From assembly GCA_038213805.1 (NCBI GenBank), contig JBBQSO010000054.1:1-35950 (forward strand): a DNA stretch of 35,950 nt, in the 5' to 3' direction. Below, one piece after another: positions 8,096-17,034 of the stretch (its first letter is position 1; every line of letters starts with the position of its first letter). Source of the stretch: Planctomycetota bacterium. Its GTDB lineage: Bacteria > Planctomycetota > UBA11346. Position numbers and translations under genes: made by a program. Under the pieces are notes generated by a model. It made no database searches. It was not told the DNA's origin and saw nothing but the letters and a program-made list of their open reading frames with translations.

Positions 8096-10585
8096 TCACC
8101 TGGTGGTGAAGATGCGGGACGTGCACACCGCCTTCACCAGGTCGCGCAGGCGGTACCCGTTGCCTTTGAGCTGCGCGCAGATGGCGTCGACCTCATCCTC
8201 GTCCATGGCACCAAGCTTCCTGCCGGTACCGTAGACCAACAACTTGCGCACCAGGTTCCCGGCGACCTGGTCCAGCGAGGCCCCGAGTTCATGCTTGAAG
8301 CCCGCGATGTCGGCGAAGGCCTTGCCGTTCGGCAGCACGCCCGAGGCGTCGATGGGGGCGTTCACGTAACTCGTCCGCCAGCGGCCGGACGCATCGAAGT
8401 TCTCCAGCGCGAAACCGATCGGATCGATGCGCCGGTGGCAGCTGGCGCAGCTCGCGTCGCTGCGATGCCGATCCAGGGCGGTGCGGATGGTGGTGGTCCC
8501 GCGCAGATCGGTCTGGAGCGGCTTAACTCCAGGCGGAACCGGTTCTGGCGGCTGCCCCAGAAGGTTGTCCAGGACGAAGATGCCCCTGACCACCGGCGAG
8601 GTGTCGACGCCATTCGCCGATGCCGCCAGGACCGCGGCCATGCCGAGCAACCCGCCGCGCTTCAGGCCGGGGGCGAGCGTCACCGGCCGCCACGCCGCAC
8701 TGTCGACGTCCTGGACCCCATAGAAATCGGCCAGCGAATCGTTCATGATGGTGAAATCGCTGTCGATCAACGCCGCCACCGGCAGGTTGCCGGCCAGCAG
8801 GTGCCGGAAGAACAGCACCGGTTCCTTGACGATCGCGTCCCTGGTCCCGGTGTAGCCGTGCGAAATGCGGTAGAAATCCCCGTACTTCTTCTCATCGGGC
8901 GGCATCTTGTCCATATTGCGCAGGTGCAGCCACTGCGACACGAAGCTGTCGACGAATTCGTCGCAGCCCGGGCCGGCGAGCAGGCGTTCGACCTGGCGGG
9001 CGTATGCCCCGGGCTCAGACAGCGTGTGCGCAGCGGCGAGAGCCGCGAGTTCGGCGTCCGGCATCGAGCTGGTCAGCGCGTACGACAGCCGGCAAGCCAA
9101 CGCATCGTCGTCGAGCCGGCCCGCGTTCTCGCGGATGTAGAGGAATCCGGGCGAGCACAGCATGGCCTTGACCGCGAGCGTACGCCCCTTGCTCTCGGCG
9201 AGGCGGTAGAAGGGCTCAAGCTCCGTCTCCGTAACCGGTCGACGGAAGGCGCGCCGTGCGAAGGCGCCCAGCGCCGCCCGGGTGTCCGGGGCGTCGAGCA
9301 CCTGGACCTGGAACGCCGACGGCCACTCTTTGTAGAATGGGCCGTCGATGGCCATTTTGTGCAGCCTGATCCTGGGCGAGATCGCGGTCCTGAGGAACTC
9401 CTTGCTCTGCGGAGTCTTCGGCTCCGCGTCCTGGTTGCGCTTGCGGATCGCCGCGCGCTCCTCCTGGGTGGCGCCGGGTGGGGTGGGGATCTCCTTCCAG
9501 TCGGTCAGCTCCTGGTAAAGGACCCACAGCGGGCACGCCGGGCCGTTCTCGAAGTACAGCTGCAGGCGCCAGTTCTTCGGCACCCACACCTCGTGCGCAA
9601 TACCGACGATCTGGTTGTCGGGCAGGTCGTGGATGGCCACGGTCTGCTCGATCTCCGGGAAGGTCCGCTCCGGCGACAGCAAGCGGATCGCCAGCTGGTG
9701 CGGACGCTTCGGGCTGTATTCGCGCAGCTTGCTGGTCACGTCGGCGCGGTCGCGGCCCAGGGACTCGACCTTGAAGGTGAGGTGGTACCAGCCCGCCGCG
9801 GTGAATGGCGTCCCGCCGATGATGCGCACGTGGCCGCATTCCTGGGGCGTGGTCCAGTACCCCCGCTCGATGTCGTAGTGGTTGTAGATCTCGTGGCCGA
9901 TCGGGTCGCCATCGATGCCACCCTCGAGGCGGTAGCGGTCGCTCTTATCGATGTACTGGCGGTAGACGCGTTCCGGCTTGGGTCCGCCGCTGCCAGCTTC
10001 ATCGATCATCTGCGATGCAGCGCGCAGGTAGTTCTCCATCAGCGTGTCGCTGACGCGCAGCTCATCGCCGAGCACGTCGAAGCCGGCGCCGCCGCGATCA
10101 TCGGGGAAGCCGCGCGTCGGATCCGCCATGGTCGTTTCGACGCCCATGAGATCGCGCATGGTGTTGCGGTACTGGACGCGGTTGAGGCGCTTGAGCGGCA
10201 CCTCCTCGGCATGCAGCCGCCCCGAGCGCTCGGCCGCGCTGACGCTGCGGGAGATCGCCGCAGCGATCGTCGCGGCCTCGGCCGCCGCAGGGCGCCGGGT
10301 CGCCTCCTCCGGGGGCATTTCGCCCTTCTCGAGCTGCCGGACCACGTGCTTCCAAATGCCATAGCTCCGCTCGTCCACCTCGCCTGCGCGCACCTGATCC
10401 AGGCGCAACTTGCCCTTTTGCTTGTCGGGCCCATGGCACTCGATGCAGTATGCTTTGGCGAAGCCCGCCCAGGCGTCGCCGCCGACCATCATGGGCTCTG
10501 CGGCACCGACCAACGCCCAAACGGCCGAAACTGCCAGCAGCACCAGGGTGGCCAAGCCCCGCTCACCGCGCAGACGCGCGCTCAC
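8096..10585 (-). CDS. Planctomycete cytochrome c / DUF1587-DUF1592-DUF1588-DUF1585 protein
   Basis: CIECH...GEMPP, KRLNRVQYRNTMRDL, LA.RLSY.L.SSMPD.EL, F.SQWL, RGGLLG, TSPVVRG, CASCH.RIDPIGFALENFD. GTGA overlap with DUF1552. Confidence 0.9.
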   Translation of the reverse strand: MSARLRGERGLATLVLLAVSAVWALVGAAEPMMVGGDAWAGFAKAYCIECHGPDKQKGKLRLDQVRAGEVDERSYGIWKHVVRQLEKGEMPPEEATRRPAAAEAATIAAAISRSVSAAERSGRLHAEEVPLKRLNRVQYRNTMRDLMGVETTMADPTRGFPDDRGGAGFDVLGDELRVSDTLMENYLRAASQMIDEAGSGGPKPERVYRQYIDKSDRYRLEGGIDGDPIGHEIYNHYDIERGYWTTPQECGHVRIIGGTPFTAAGWYHLTFKVESLGRDRADVTSKLREYSPKRPHQLAIRLLSPERTFPEIEQTVAIHDLPDNQIVGIAHEVWVPKNWRLQLYFENGPACPLWVLYQELTDWKEIPTPPGATQEERAAIRKRNQDAEPKTPQSKEFLRTAISPRIRLHKMAIDGPFYKEWPSAFQVQVLDAPDTRAALGAFARRAFRRPVTETELEPFYRLAESKGRTLAVKAMLCSPGFLYIRENAGRLDDDALACRLSYALTSSMPDAELAALAAAHTLSEPGAYARQVERLLAGPGCDEFVDSFVSQWLHLRNMDKMPPDEKKYGDFYRISHGYTGTRDAIVKEPVLFFRHLLAGNLPVAALIDSDFTIMNDSLADFYGVQDVDSAAWRPVTLAPGLKRGGLLGMAAVLAASANGVDTSPVVRGIFVLDNLLGQPPEPVPPGVKPLQTDLRGTTTIRTALDRHRSDASCASCHRRIDPIGFALENFDASGRWRTSYVNAPIDASGVLPNGKAFADIAGFKHELGASLDQVAGNLVRKLLVYGTGRKLGAMDEDEVDAICAQLKGNGYRLRDLVKAVCTSRIFTTR

Positions 10586-11844
10586 GCCAAACCCCGCAAA
10601 GTGCCGGTGCTTTTGTTGAAAGCCGTGGTCTCGACCCCAAGCCGCTGGAGCATGCTGAGGTAGAGGTTGCTGAGCGGCTGCTTGGCCTGCACGTCGATCA
10701 CCGTGCCGTGCGCGTAGCCGCCGCCGGCGAGGATGATGGGCAGATTTTGGTTACTGTGGACATTGCCGTCGCTCATCCCTGAGCTGTAGAGCAGTTGCGT
10801 CGTATCGAGCAGACCCAGGGCCGCGATGCGGTCGATGAGCAATGCGAAGCGCGAGAGGTGGAAATCGTCGATCGCTCGCAACTGCCGGACCTTGTCCGGC
10901 AGCTGCCCATGGTGGGTGAGGCTGTGGTAGTTGTCGACGATGCCCGGCAGGTCCCAGTTGGGGTTGGTGAACACGTCCATGGTGACGATGCGCGCGGAGT
11001 CGGTCTGCAGGATGAGCGGGATGAGCTCGATGAAGGCGTCGTAGGTCTTGGTCTGGCTCTCCTTCTTCACCGCCGCGATGCGCTCGCCCAGCAGCGCCGG
11101 TGCGGCCGGCTTGGGGATCGACAGCCAGTCGCGGTAGACCTGCACCTTGCGCTCGGCGTCGCGCACCGAGGTGAAGTAGTCGTCGAGACGGCTGCGATCG
11201 CGCACCGACACGGTCGCGGCCAGATTCCGCGCGCTCTCGTTCACGGTGTCCAGAACGCTGCGGTTGCCGGCCAGTTCGACGCCGCGCACCTCTTTCTCTT
11301 CGGTGGTCTGCTCGGAGAAGAGCAGGTTGAACAGCTCCAGTGGGCTGCCGACGTAGGGGATCTTGGCGCCCGAGCGCGCGAACGAGGTGTGCTGGTCGTT
11401 GTCGGGGTTTCCCCACAGGTTGAGCATCGGGAAGCGCGTCGCGGTGGCGTAGAGTTCGGCCGCGCGCGCGTCGACGGTGATGCCACCGTCGGGATGCGAG
11501 ATGGCCTCGGTACGTTTCATGTCAGAGAGGATGCAGGGCGCCGCGGCGTGCCCGCCCGTGACCGACAGCCCGAGATTTTTGAACACCGTCATGACCTGGC
11601 GGTGCCGTTCGAGCGGCCGCAGGCCATCGGTCATAACGTATCCCGCCCCGGCGTCCTGTGGGTGGAAGGACGGCGCGTACATGCCGAACTTGTGGGTGAG
11701 GTTGATCATGCAGCGCGGCTTGGCTGGGACGGCCTGGCCAGGTTCCGCCGCGCGCAGCGATTCCAGCCACGGCAGGGCGATCGCCACGCCGGCGCCCTTG
11801 AGGAAGGTGCGGCGATCGATGAAGCGCGGGAGCGTGGTACGCAT
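10582..11844 (-). CDS. DUF1552 (HXXSHH-type) Tat-exported protein
   Basis: Tat motif DRRTFLKG; ALPWLES; YHSLTHH; SGMSDGNVHSNQNLPIILAGG; PLSNLYLSML. Confidence 0.9.
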   Translation of the reverse strand: MRTTLPRFIDRRTFLKGAGVAIALPWLESLRAAEPGQAVPAKPRCMINLTHKFGMYAPSFHPQDAGAGYVMTDGLRPLERHRQVMTVFKNLGLSVTGGHAAAPCILSDMKRTEAISHPDGGITVDARAAELYATATRFPMLNLWGNPDNDQHTSFARSGAKIPYVGSPLELFNLLFSEQTTEEKEVRGVELAGNRSVLDTVNESARNLAATVSVRDRSRLDDYFTSVRDAERKVQVYRDWLSIPKPAAPALLGERIAAVKKESQTKTYDAFIELIPLILQTDSARIVTMDVFTNPNWDLPGIVDNYHSLTHHGQLPDKVRQLRAIDDFHLSRFALLIDRIAALGLLDTTQLLYSSGMSDGNVHSNQNLPIILAGGGYAHGTVIDVQAKQPLSNLYLSMLQRLGVETTAFNKSTGTLRGLA

Positions 11845-11880
11845 GGTGGTCCTCTGAAGTATGCGATGACGGACGCCGCC

Positions 11881-13458
11881 TCAGCGGCCGGCGCCAGGAA
11901 TGCCGGCCGAGCCGCTGCGGTACAGGTCGCCCACCTCCGCTGCGGTGAGCGCCCGGGAGAAGAAGACAAACTCATCCATGCGACCGGTCAGGTTGCGGAT
12001 CGGCGAACCGTCGGAGGAGTTCGCCGGGTTCCAGTTGCCGAGTTCGCCATGGCCGATGCGCAGCGCGGTTCCACCCTGCAGGGGGAAGCGCCCGACCGGC
12101 TGCCCATTCACGTACTGGATCAGCTGAAGCCGGACGCCGTCGTAGACCATGGCGACCTGGGTCCAGCGCCGCAGGTGCGCGGCGGAGAAGACGCCTGGCG
12201 AATCGAAGTTGTACTGCGCGACCACCGCGCCCTGCGGCCAACCGACCGCCGTGTGCAGGCTGCCATTGCCGCGGATCTGCCAGTGCAGCGCGCCCGTGGC
12301 GAAGCCGTCGGTCATGAACAGCGAATTGAAGGGGTGGTCGAGGGCATCGACGCGGACCCACGCCACCAGACTCGCCGAATCCACCTCGCCCGGCACGCTC
12401 ACGCGCACGCGGTCGCTCTGGTCGCGGAACTCCAGGGCCTGCTTGCCGCGCCAGCGGCCCTCGCCCGTCGCGCAACCGACGATGGTGGCGTCGCCGGCCT
12501 CACCACCGTGGGCGGCGCGATTGCGCAGGGTGCGGTCGGCGATGGATTCCTTCTCGAAATCGACATGCAGGATCAGCGCCGGATCGGCGTCCAACCTGCT
12601 CGCGGCCTGCCGCCAAGCCTCCATGACCTGATCCTGCGCAACGACGGACTTCCGAGCGAGATCGGCCGCAGAGGGGAAAGCGGAGGGATCCGCCGGGATC
12701 GCATGCGGCGCGCCGTCCCCGACCACCGCCATCGCCTGGTCCGCATGGAGTTCCTGGACCGGCCCCGCGATGGTCTGGAGCGTCACCCGCCCGGTGAAGA
12801 CGTGGACCTCCTCATGCACGCCATCGACCGCGAGTCCGAAAGCCGTGCCCAGGTCGACGACCGTCAGCCGCGGCGTGCGGATCGCGAAGCCGCGCGCCAG
12901 GCGCGGCACCTCGGCGCTCAGGCGCCCGGCGTCCAGGACCGCCGCCTTGCCCGAGAGCAGGTGCACATCGATCGGCCCCGCGCACACCAGGCGCACGCCA
13001 TTGTAGAATTCGACCTGGACGATTCCCGAGCGCAGGTGTAGCCAGCCCGGCTCGAGCGCTTCGCCCTGCGCATGCGCGTCGGCCGGCGCGGCCCATTGCG
13101 CATCCAGCACCCGCGAGAGCACGGCGATGGCGGTGGTCGTAGCCTCGACAGGCGCTGGGTCGACGCCGCCATACCAGGTCCACAGTGCCGCGCTGGCGAA
13201 AAGCGCCACGCAGGCTGCAGCCGCCAGGGCCGCGAAGGACCGACGCCGGGGTGGAAAGGCAAGATGCACCCGGGGCGCGGCTTGCGTCCCGCTGTTCTCG
13301 ACCTCGTGCAGCAGCGCATGCAGGGCCGCCTCGCGCCAATACTGCGTGCGCGCACCCGCGGAACGGCGCAGGGCATCCTCCAGCTCCGCCTGCTCATCAG
13401 GCGTGAGCTGGCCATCGAGATGATGGCCGACCAAGAGGGACAGGCGCAGGTCGCTCAT
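11881..13458 (-). CDS. FecR-like anti-sigma factor with a C-terminal LamG/ConA-like domain
   Basis: Start at MSDLRL (ATGA overlap with the sigma stop). Anti-sigma helix LDGQLTPDEQAELE, a TM segment, FecR motif F.IRTP...VVDLGTAFG...HVF.G.V, LamG motifs (W..VAMVYD, YVNG, IG, G.MDEF..FSRALT..EV). Confidence 0.88.
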   Translation of the reverse strand: MSDLRLSLLVGHHLDGQLTPDEQAELEDALRRSAGARTQYWREAALHALLHEVENSGTQAAPRVHLAFPPRRRSFAALAAAACVALFASAALWTWYGGVDPAPVEATTTAIAVLSRVLDAQWAAPADAHAQGEALEPGWLHLRSGIVQVEFYNGVRLVCAGPIDVHLLSGKAAVLDAGRLSAEVPRLARGFAIRTPRLTVVDLGTAFGLAVDGVHEEVHVFTGRVTLQTIAGPVQELHADQAMAVVGDGAPHAIPADPSAFPSAADLARKSVVAQDQVMEAWRQAASRLDADPALILHVDFEKESIADRTLRNRAAHGGEAGDATIVGCATGEGRWRGKQALEFRDQSDRVRVSVPGEVDSASLVAWVRVDALDHPFNSLFMTDGFATGALHWQIRGNGSLHTAVGWPQGAVVAQYNFDSPGVFSAAHLRRWTQVAMVYDGVRLQLIQYVNGQPVGRFPLQGGTALRIGHGELGNWNPANSSDGSPIRNLTGRMDEFVFFSRALTAAEVGDLYRSGSAGIPGAGR

Positions 13459-14009
13459 GGGCGCTGCCCCCCGGCCTTGCCGCTGCTCTCCATGCAGGTG
13501 CGCAGCGCCGCACGCGCCCGCGACAGGGTAACGTTGATGGCGTTCACCGACTGCGCGCGCAGCCCGGCGATGGCCTCGGGGAGATGTTCGCCGAAATAGC
13601 GCAGGCGCACCAGCTCGCGTGCCGTCGGCGCGAGCTGCTGGAGGCACGTGCGCAGACGGATGACCTGTTCTTCGTGCCGGCCGCCGTCGTCGGCAGGCGG
13701 CGCCGAGGCGGCCAGCGCCTCCAGCACGTCATCCGCCAACCGCTTGGCCGAGCGCTGACGGTCGCGCAGCACGGATAACACCTTGAACTTGGCGATACAC
13801 CGCGACCAGGCCTGGAAATTGGAGCCCAGCGCAAATCCATCAGCTTGACGCGTGATCTCGAGGAAGGTCTCCTGCATGACGTCGTCCGCGGTCGCGAAGT
13901 CGGGCGCCAGGCCCATCACGAAGGCGCGCAGCTGCGGCTGGTGCTGAATGAACAGCCGCTGGACGCTGAGACTGTGGGAATCCGCTGGCGTAGAATCAGG
14001 GTCGGTCAC
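13455..14009 (-). CDS. ECF sigma-70 factor, Rhodopirellula/Verrucomicrobium type
   Basis: ADDVMQETF, F..GSNF.AW, CLQQL...RELVRLRY, L.R.R..LRTC. GTG at 14009 is preceded by AAGGA; the ORF-track start at 14330 is probably too long. Confidence 0.9.
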   Translation of the reverse strand: MTDPDSTPADSHSLSVQRLFIQHQPQLRAFVMGLAPDFATADDVMQETFLEITRQADGFALGSNFQAWSRCIAKFKVLSVLRDRQRSAKRLADDVLEALAASAPPADDGGRHEEQVIRLRTCLQQLAPTARELVRLRYFGEHLPEAIAGLRAQSVNAINVTLSRARAALRTCMESSGKAGGQRP

Positions 14010-14195
14010 GTGCGTCCTTTCCATGCTGGAGATTCCGGCAGCCGGGTTGGACTTAGCAGACTCCGTGATCCATCGTCCAACCCCCTTGGTCCAGGCACTG
14101 ATCCAATGCCACCCAGAGACTTGGGAATGAACTCCATCTGCCTGGTAGCGCTCAACTTGTCGTGAGTATACAATGCGGAGCGCGGTCCTGCCATC

Positions 14196-14221
14196 AAACC
14201 GGACTCGCCGTGGCGATCCGG
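14196..14221 (-). terminator. Putative intrinsic terminator of the ThuA-like gene
   Basis: Minus strand reads ccgga-tcgcc-ac-ggcga-g-tccgg-TTT, 3 nt after the stop at 14225. Confidence 0.5.
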
Positions 14222-14224
14222 AGG

Positions 14225-15271
14225 TCAGTGCCGGACATCCTGCGGCCGGACCCCACGCTTGAAGCCATTCTCGCCCACCGGCGTGACGTCGGCCTTGGCC
14301 GGGATCACCTCCTCGAGCCCGACTCCCCAATAAACGGCGTTGACCAACAGCCGCCGCAGCGCCTCACTGTCCCAATCAGGCCGGCCGGCCATGCCGCCGC
14401 CCATCGTGGTGCTGAACACCCGTGCCGGCCGACCAGAAGGGCCGGTGTAGGTGCGCGTCCAGGCCACCGGCATCATCGGCGCGTTCTTGTCGATGGATCC
14501 ACTCGCGGCCGCGGGAAGGTCGTCCGGCTTCATGCCCGCCAGGACCTGCCCCATGACCAACGGCGTGGTTCCGGGCAGCATGGGCAGGGTCACTTGGTAG
14601 ACATCGGTGGTGACCCAGATCTCGCCATCGGCGATGCCACGCAGCAGCGGACTGGATGCGGCGCCCGGCGCGAACACCCCACGTGTGCTCTGGTGGCCAT
14701 GCTCACCCCAATGTGCGATCCAGGTCTCACCAAGCACCTGCCGTCCCCAGCCCCCCTCCCAGCCGGCCTCATGGCTGTTGAAGCTGCATTTCCGGTACGC
14801 ACTGTCACCTGGACCAAAATTGAACGCGTGGGTGGAGGTGCGCAGGCCGATGATGCCATGGCCAGAGTCGCAGAAATCGATGATGTGCTTCATCTGCACA
14901 TCGGGCAGCGCGCGAAAGCGCGTGAAGATCACCATCAGGTCGGCGTGGTCGAGCGTCTCCAGTCCTGGAATGTTGTCCCGGGTGTCAGTGTCGATGACTC
15001 CGGTGACTTTGTTGATCGCGAACAGCACGGTGCAATCGAAGCCATGCCGCTCGGCGAGGATGCGCGCGAGCAGCGGCATGCCCTCCTCGGAATGATATTC
15101 ATCGTCGCCAACCACGAACACCACCTGCTTGCCTTTGCCCGGCCCGGCCATGCCCGGGAAGGTCGCCCAAGCCTGCCCCTCCCCGGCTACCAAAGGGCAC
15201 AACCAAGCGGTGGCAAAAGTCAGGACTGCAACGGGCAGCCTAGCGATGTGGCTATGGAATTGATTCATCAT
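14225..15271 (-). CDS. ThuA-like (class I glutamine amidotransferase-like) secreted protein
   Basis: GDDEYHSEE, IPGLE.LD.ADL...FTRFR.LP, GLRTSTHAF, LGETW..H.G.H, PVAWTR, RVF.TTMG, RRLLVNAVYW. AGGA RBS before the ATG at 15271. Confidence 0.82.
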   Translation of the reverse strand: MMNQFHSHIARLPVAVLTFATAWLCPLVAGEGQAWATFPGMAGPGKGKQVVFVVGDDEYHSEEGMPLLARILAERHGFDCTVLFAINKVTGVIDTDTRDNIPGLETLDHADLMVIFTRFRALPDVQMKHIIDFCDSGHGIIGLRTSTHAFNFGPGDSAYRKCSFNSHEAGWEGGWGRQVLGETWIAHWGEHGHQSTRGVFAPGAASSPLLRGIADGEIWVTTDVYQVTLPMLPGTTPLVMGQVLAGMKPDDLPAAASGSIDKNAPMMPVAWTRTYTGPSGRPARVFSTTMGGGMAGRPDWDSEALRRLLVNAVYWGVGLEEVIPAKADVTPVGENGFKRGVRPQDVRH

Positions 15272-15469
15272 GTGCGTTCCTGGCAGGATGCCCCTGAGAG
15301 CATCGCGAGGCGGTGGGTGGCGGATGGCAGTGCGGCGTCGTGGCATCGCACGGGCACTTTCACTCGTCTATTCCGCCACGTTGAGGCGCCTTAGCAGCAT
15401 CTCCCCTGATGCCGTTCCGGGCATGACAGCTCCTGACATGCCCGTCCGTGACCGGCTGGTCGAGAACTG

Positions 15470-15503
15470 CGCTCTCCGCACATAATTTGGTATGTGCAGA
15501 GCG
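15470..15503. promoter_or_regulatory. Palindromic operator-like site between divergent genes
   Basis: cgctct-cc-GCACATA-atttgg-TATGTGC-agagcg. Confidence 0.45.
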
Positions 15504-15653
15504 GGCCCCGAAGACCCCGTGCTGTCGAGCATCACGTTCTAGGGGACATGCCTTGACCGCACAGCGCGGCCTGGTCACTTTCACAGCGACCGCAGGATGC
15601 CGGAATCCGGCCGGCACTTCCGCCCACGTGGTCTCCCCCGCGACAACCCGACC

Positions 15654-16913
15654 ATGAGCATCGCCGCCGCCATCGCCGAACTCTTCCGCAACGAACATCG
15701 ACGGGTGCTGGCGACCGTTGTTCGCCTGGTCGGTGATTTCGATCTGGCAGAGGACGCCGTGCAGGAGGCATTTCTCGTCGCGACGCGGCAGTGGCCGACG
15801 GAGGGGATGCCGGGCAATCCATGCGCATGGCTCGTCTCCAGCGCCCGCTTCAAGGCCATCGACGCCATCCGGCGGCGAGCCAGACAGCGCGACCTGGCGC
15901 CTGAGGTCGCCCGCCTTGCCGAAGAACTCGCGCTGGTCAGCTGCGCATTGTCCGAGCGCGAGATCAACGACGATCAGCTCCGCCTGATTCTGGCCTGCTG
16001 CCATCCCGCCCTCGATTTCCAGGTCCAGATCGCCTTGACCCTGCGAGAGGTCTGCGGCCTCACCACGGAGGCGATCGCTGCGGCTTTCCTGGTCGCTCCG
16101 GCCACCATGGCCCAACGCATCGTGCGCGGAAAATCCAAAATCCGCGATGCTGGCATCCCGTTCCAGATCCCCGGTCCTGATGAATTGCCCCAGCGTATCG
16201 ATTCAGTCCTGATGGTCTGCTACCTAGTGTTCAACGAGGGTTACTCGGCGTCATCCGGTGACCATCATACCCGTCCGGATCTCGCGCAGGAAGCAATCCG
16301 TCTCGGGCGGTTGCTGTGCGCACTGCTGCCTGACGCCGAGACCTTCGGGCTGTTGGCTCTGATGCTGCTGCATGATTCCCGACGCGCCGCGCGCACCACC
16401 AGCTCAGGCGATCTGGTGCTGCTTGAGGACCAGGATCGCTCGCTCTGGGACCAGGTAGGCATCCGCGAGGCGCATGCCTGGCTTGCGCAGGCCATGGCAG
16501 CCGAGCCCATCGGTGCGTATACGATTCAGGCCGCCATCGCCGCGGTGCATGCTGAAGCCGCGACTGTCCACGCCACCGATTGGGCACGGATCGCGGAATG
16601 GTACGATGCGCTGGTGCGAGCTTCGCCATCTCCGGTGGTCGAGCTCAACAGGGCCGTGGCGATCGCGATGCGTGATGGTCCGGAAGCCGGCTTGACCCTG
16701 GTCGAATCGCTCCATCCAACGCTGAACGAATTCCACCTGTACCACGCCACGCGCGCGGACCTTTTCAGGCGGTTGGGCCGCCTGTCAGAGGCGTGCGACG
16801 CCTTCCGCCAGGCATTGAATCTTGCCCAGCAAGAGCCTGAGCGGCGGTTCCTGATCCGACGATTGGCAGAACTGGGAGATGACGCCAGCACGCAAGCAAT
16901 CATGGCTAAGTGA
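15654..16913 (+). CDS. ECF42-group sigma factor with a C-terminal TPR/DUF6596 extension
   Basis: FDLAEDAVQEAF, DDQLRLI..CCHPAL, LTLREVCGL, MAQRIVR.K, YLVFNEGY, L.DQDRSLWD, QAAIAAVH, TDW..I..WYD, VVELNRAVA. DGPF genes are adjacent. Confidence 0.92.
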   Translation: MSIAAAIAELFRNEHRRVLATVVRLVGDFDLAEDAVQEAFLVATRQWPTEGMPGNPCAWLVSSARFKAIDAIRRRARQRDLAPEVARLAEELALVSCALSEREINDDQLRLILACCHPALDFQVQIALTLREVCGLTTEAIAAAFLVAPATMAQRIVRGKSKIRDAGIPFQIPGPDELPQRIDSVLMVCYLVFNEGYSASSGDHHTRPDLAQEAIRLGRLLCALLPDAETFGLLALMLLHDSRRAARTTSSGDLVLLEDQDRSLWDQVGIREAHAWLAQAMAAEPIGAYTIQAAIAAVHAEAATVHATDWARIAEWYDALVRASPSPVVELNRAVAIAMRDGPEAGLTLVESLHPTLNEFHLYHATRADLFRRLGRLSEACDAFRQALNLAQQEPERRFLIRRLAELGDDASTQAIMAK

Positions 16914-16946
16914 GTTACGATTATCCACCAGCCTATCAGAAGTTCC

Positions 16947-16973
16947 TGTCGATTCACAGCCACGTGGTTCGAC
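16947..16973 (+). promoter_or_regulatory. ECF42-type promoter TGTCGA-N17-CGAC
   Basis: TGTCGA at 16947-16952 and CGAC at 16970-16973, upstream of AGGAG RBS and the DGPF gene; matches the ECF42 consensus as I recall it (-35 TGTCGA, -10 CGA/TC). Confidence 0.75.
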
Positions 16974-17034
16974 TACGTGGTGAAACCCCCTCGGTGGCCC
17001 GTCCTGCGGCCCCGGATCAACCAGGAGCTCAGCC

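Noticed and set aside
8291..13041. Long plus-strand ORFs (790 aa and 748 aa) and similar ones elsewhere, such as 22148-24064 (-)
   Set aside because: Antisense to well-supported genes; expected in high-GC DNA; no recognisable motifs.
14125..14145. GATGGAGTTC resembling the start of a fluoride riboswitch
   Set aside because: No P1 pairing, no downstream GCTAATGACTCCT pseudoknot partner, and no fluoride-related gene.
15474..15501. Palindrome as a dif/Xer site
   Set aside because: CATA-TATG spacing is 6 rather than 8, and there is no XerD-type TTATGTTAAAT arm.
15523..15550. Second TGTCGA upstream of the ECF42 gene
   Set aside because: No CGAC/CGTC at 16-18 nt spacing.
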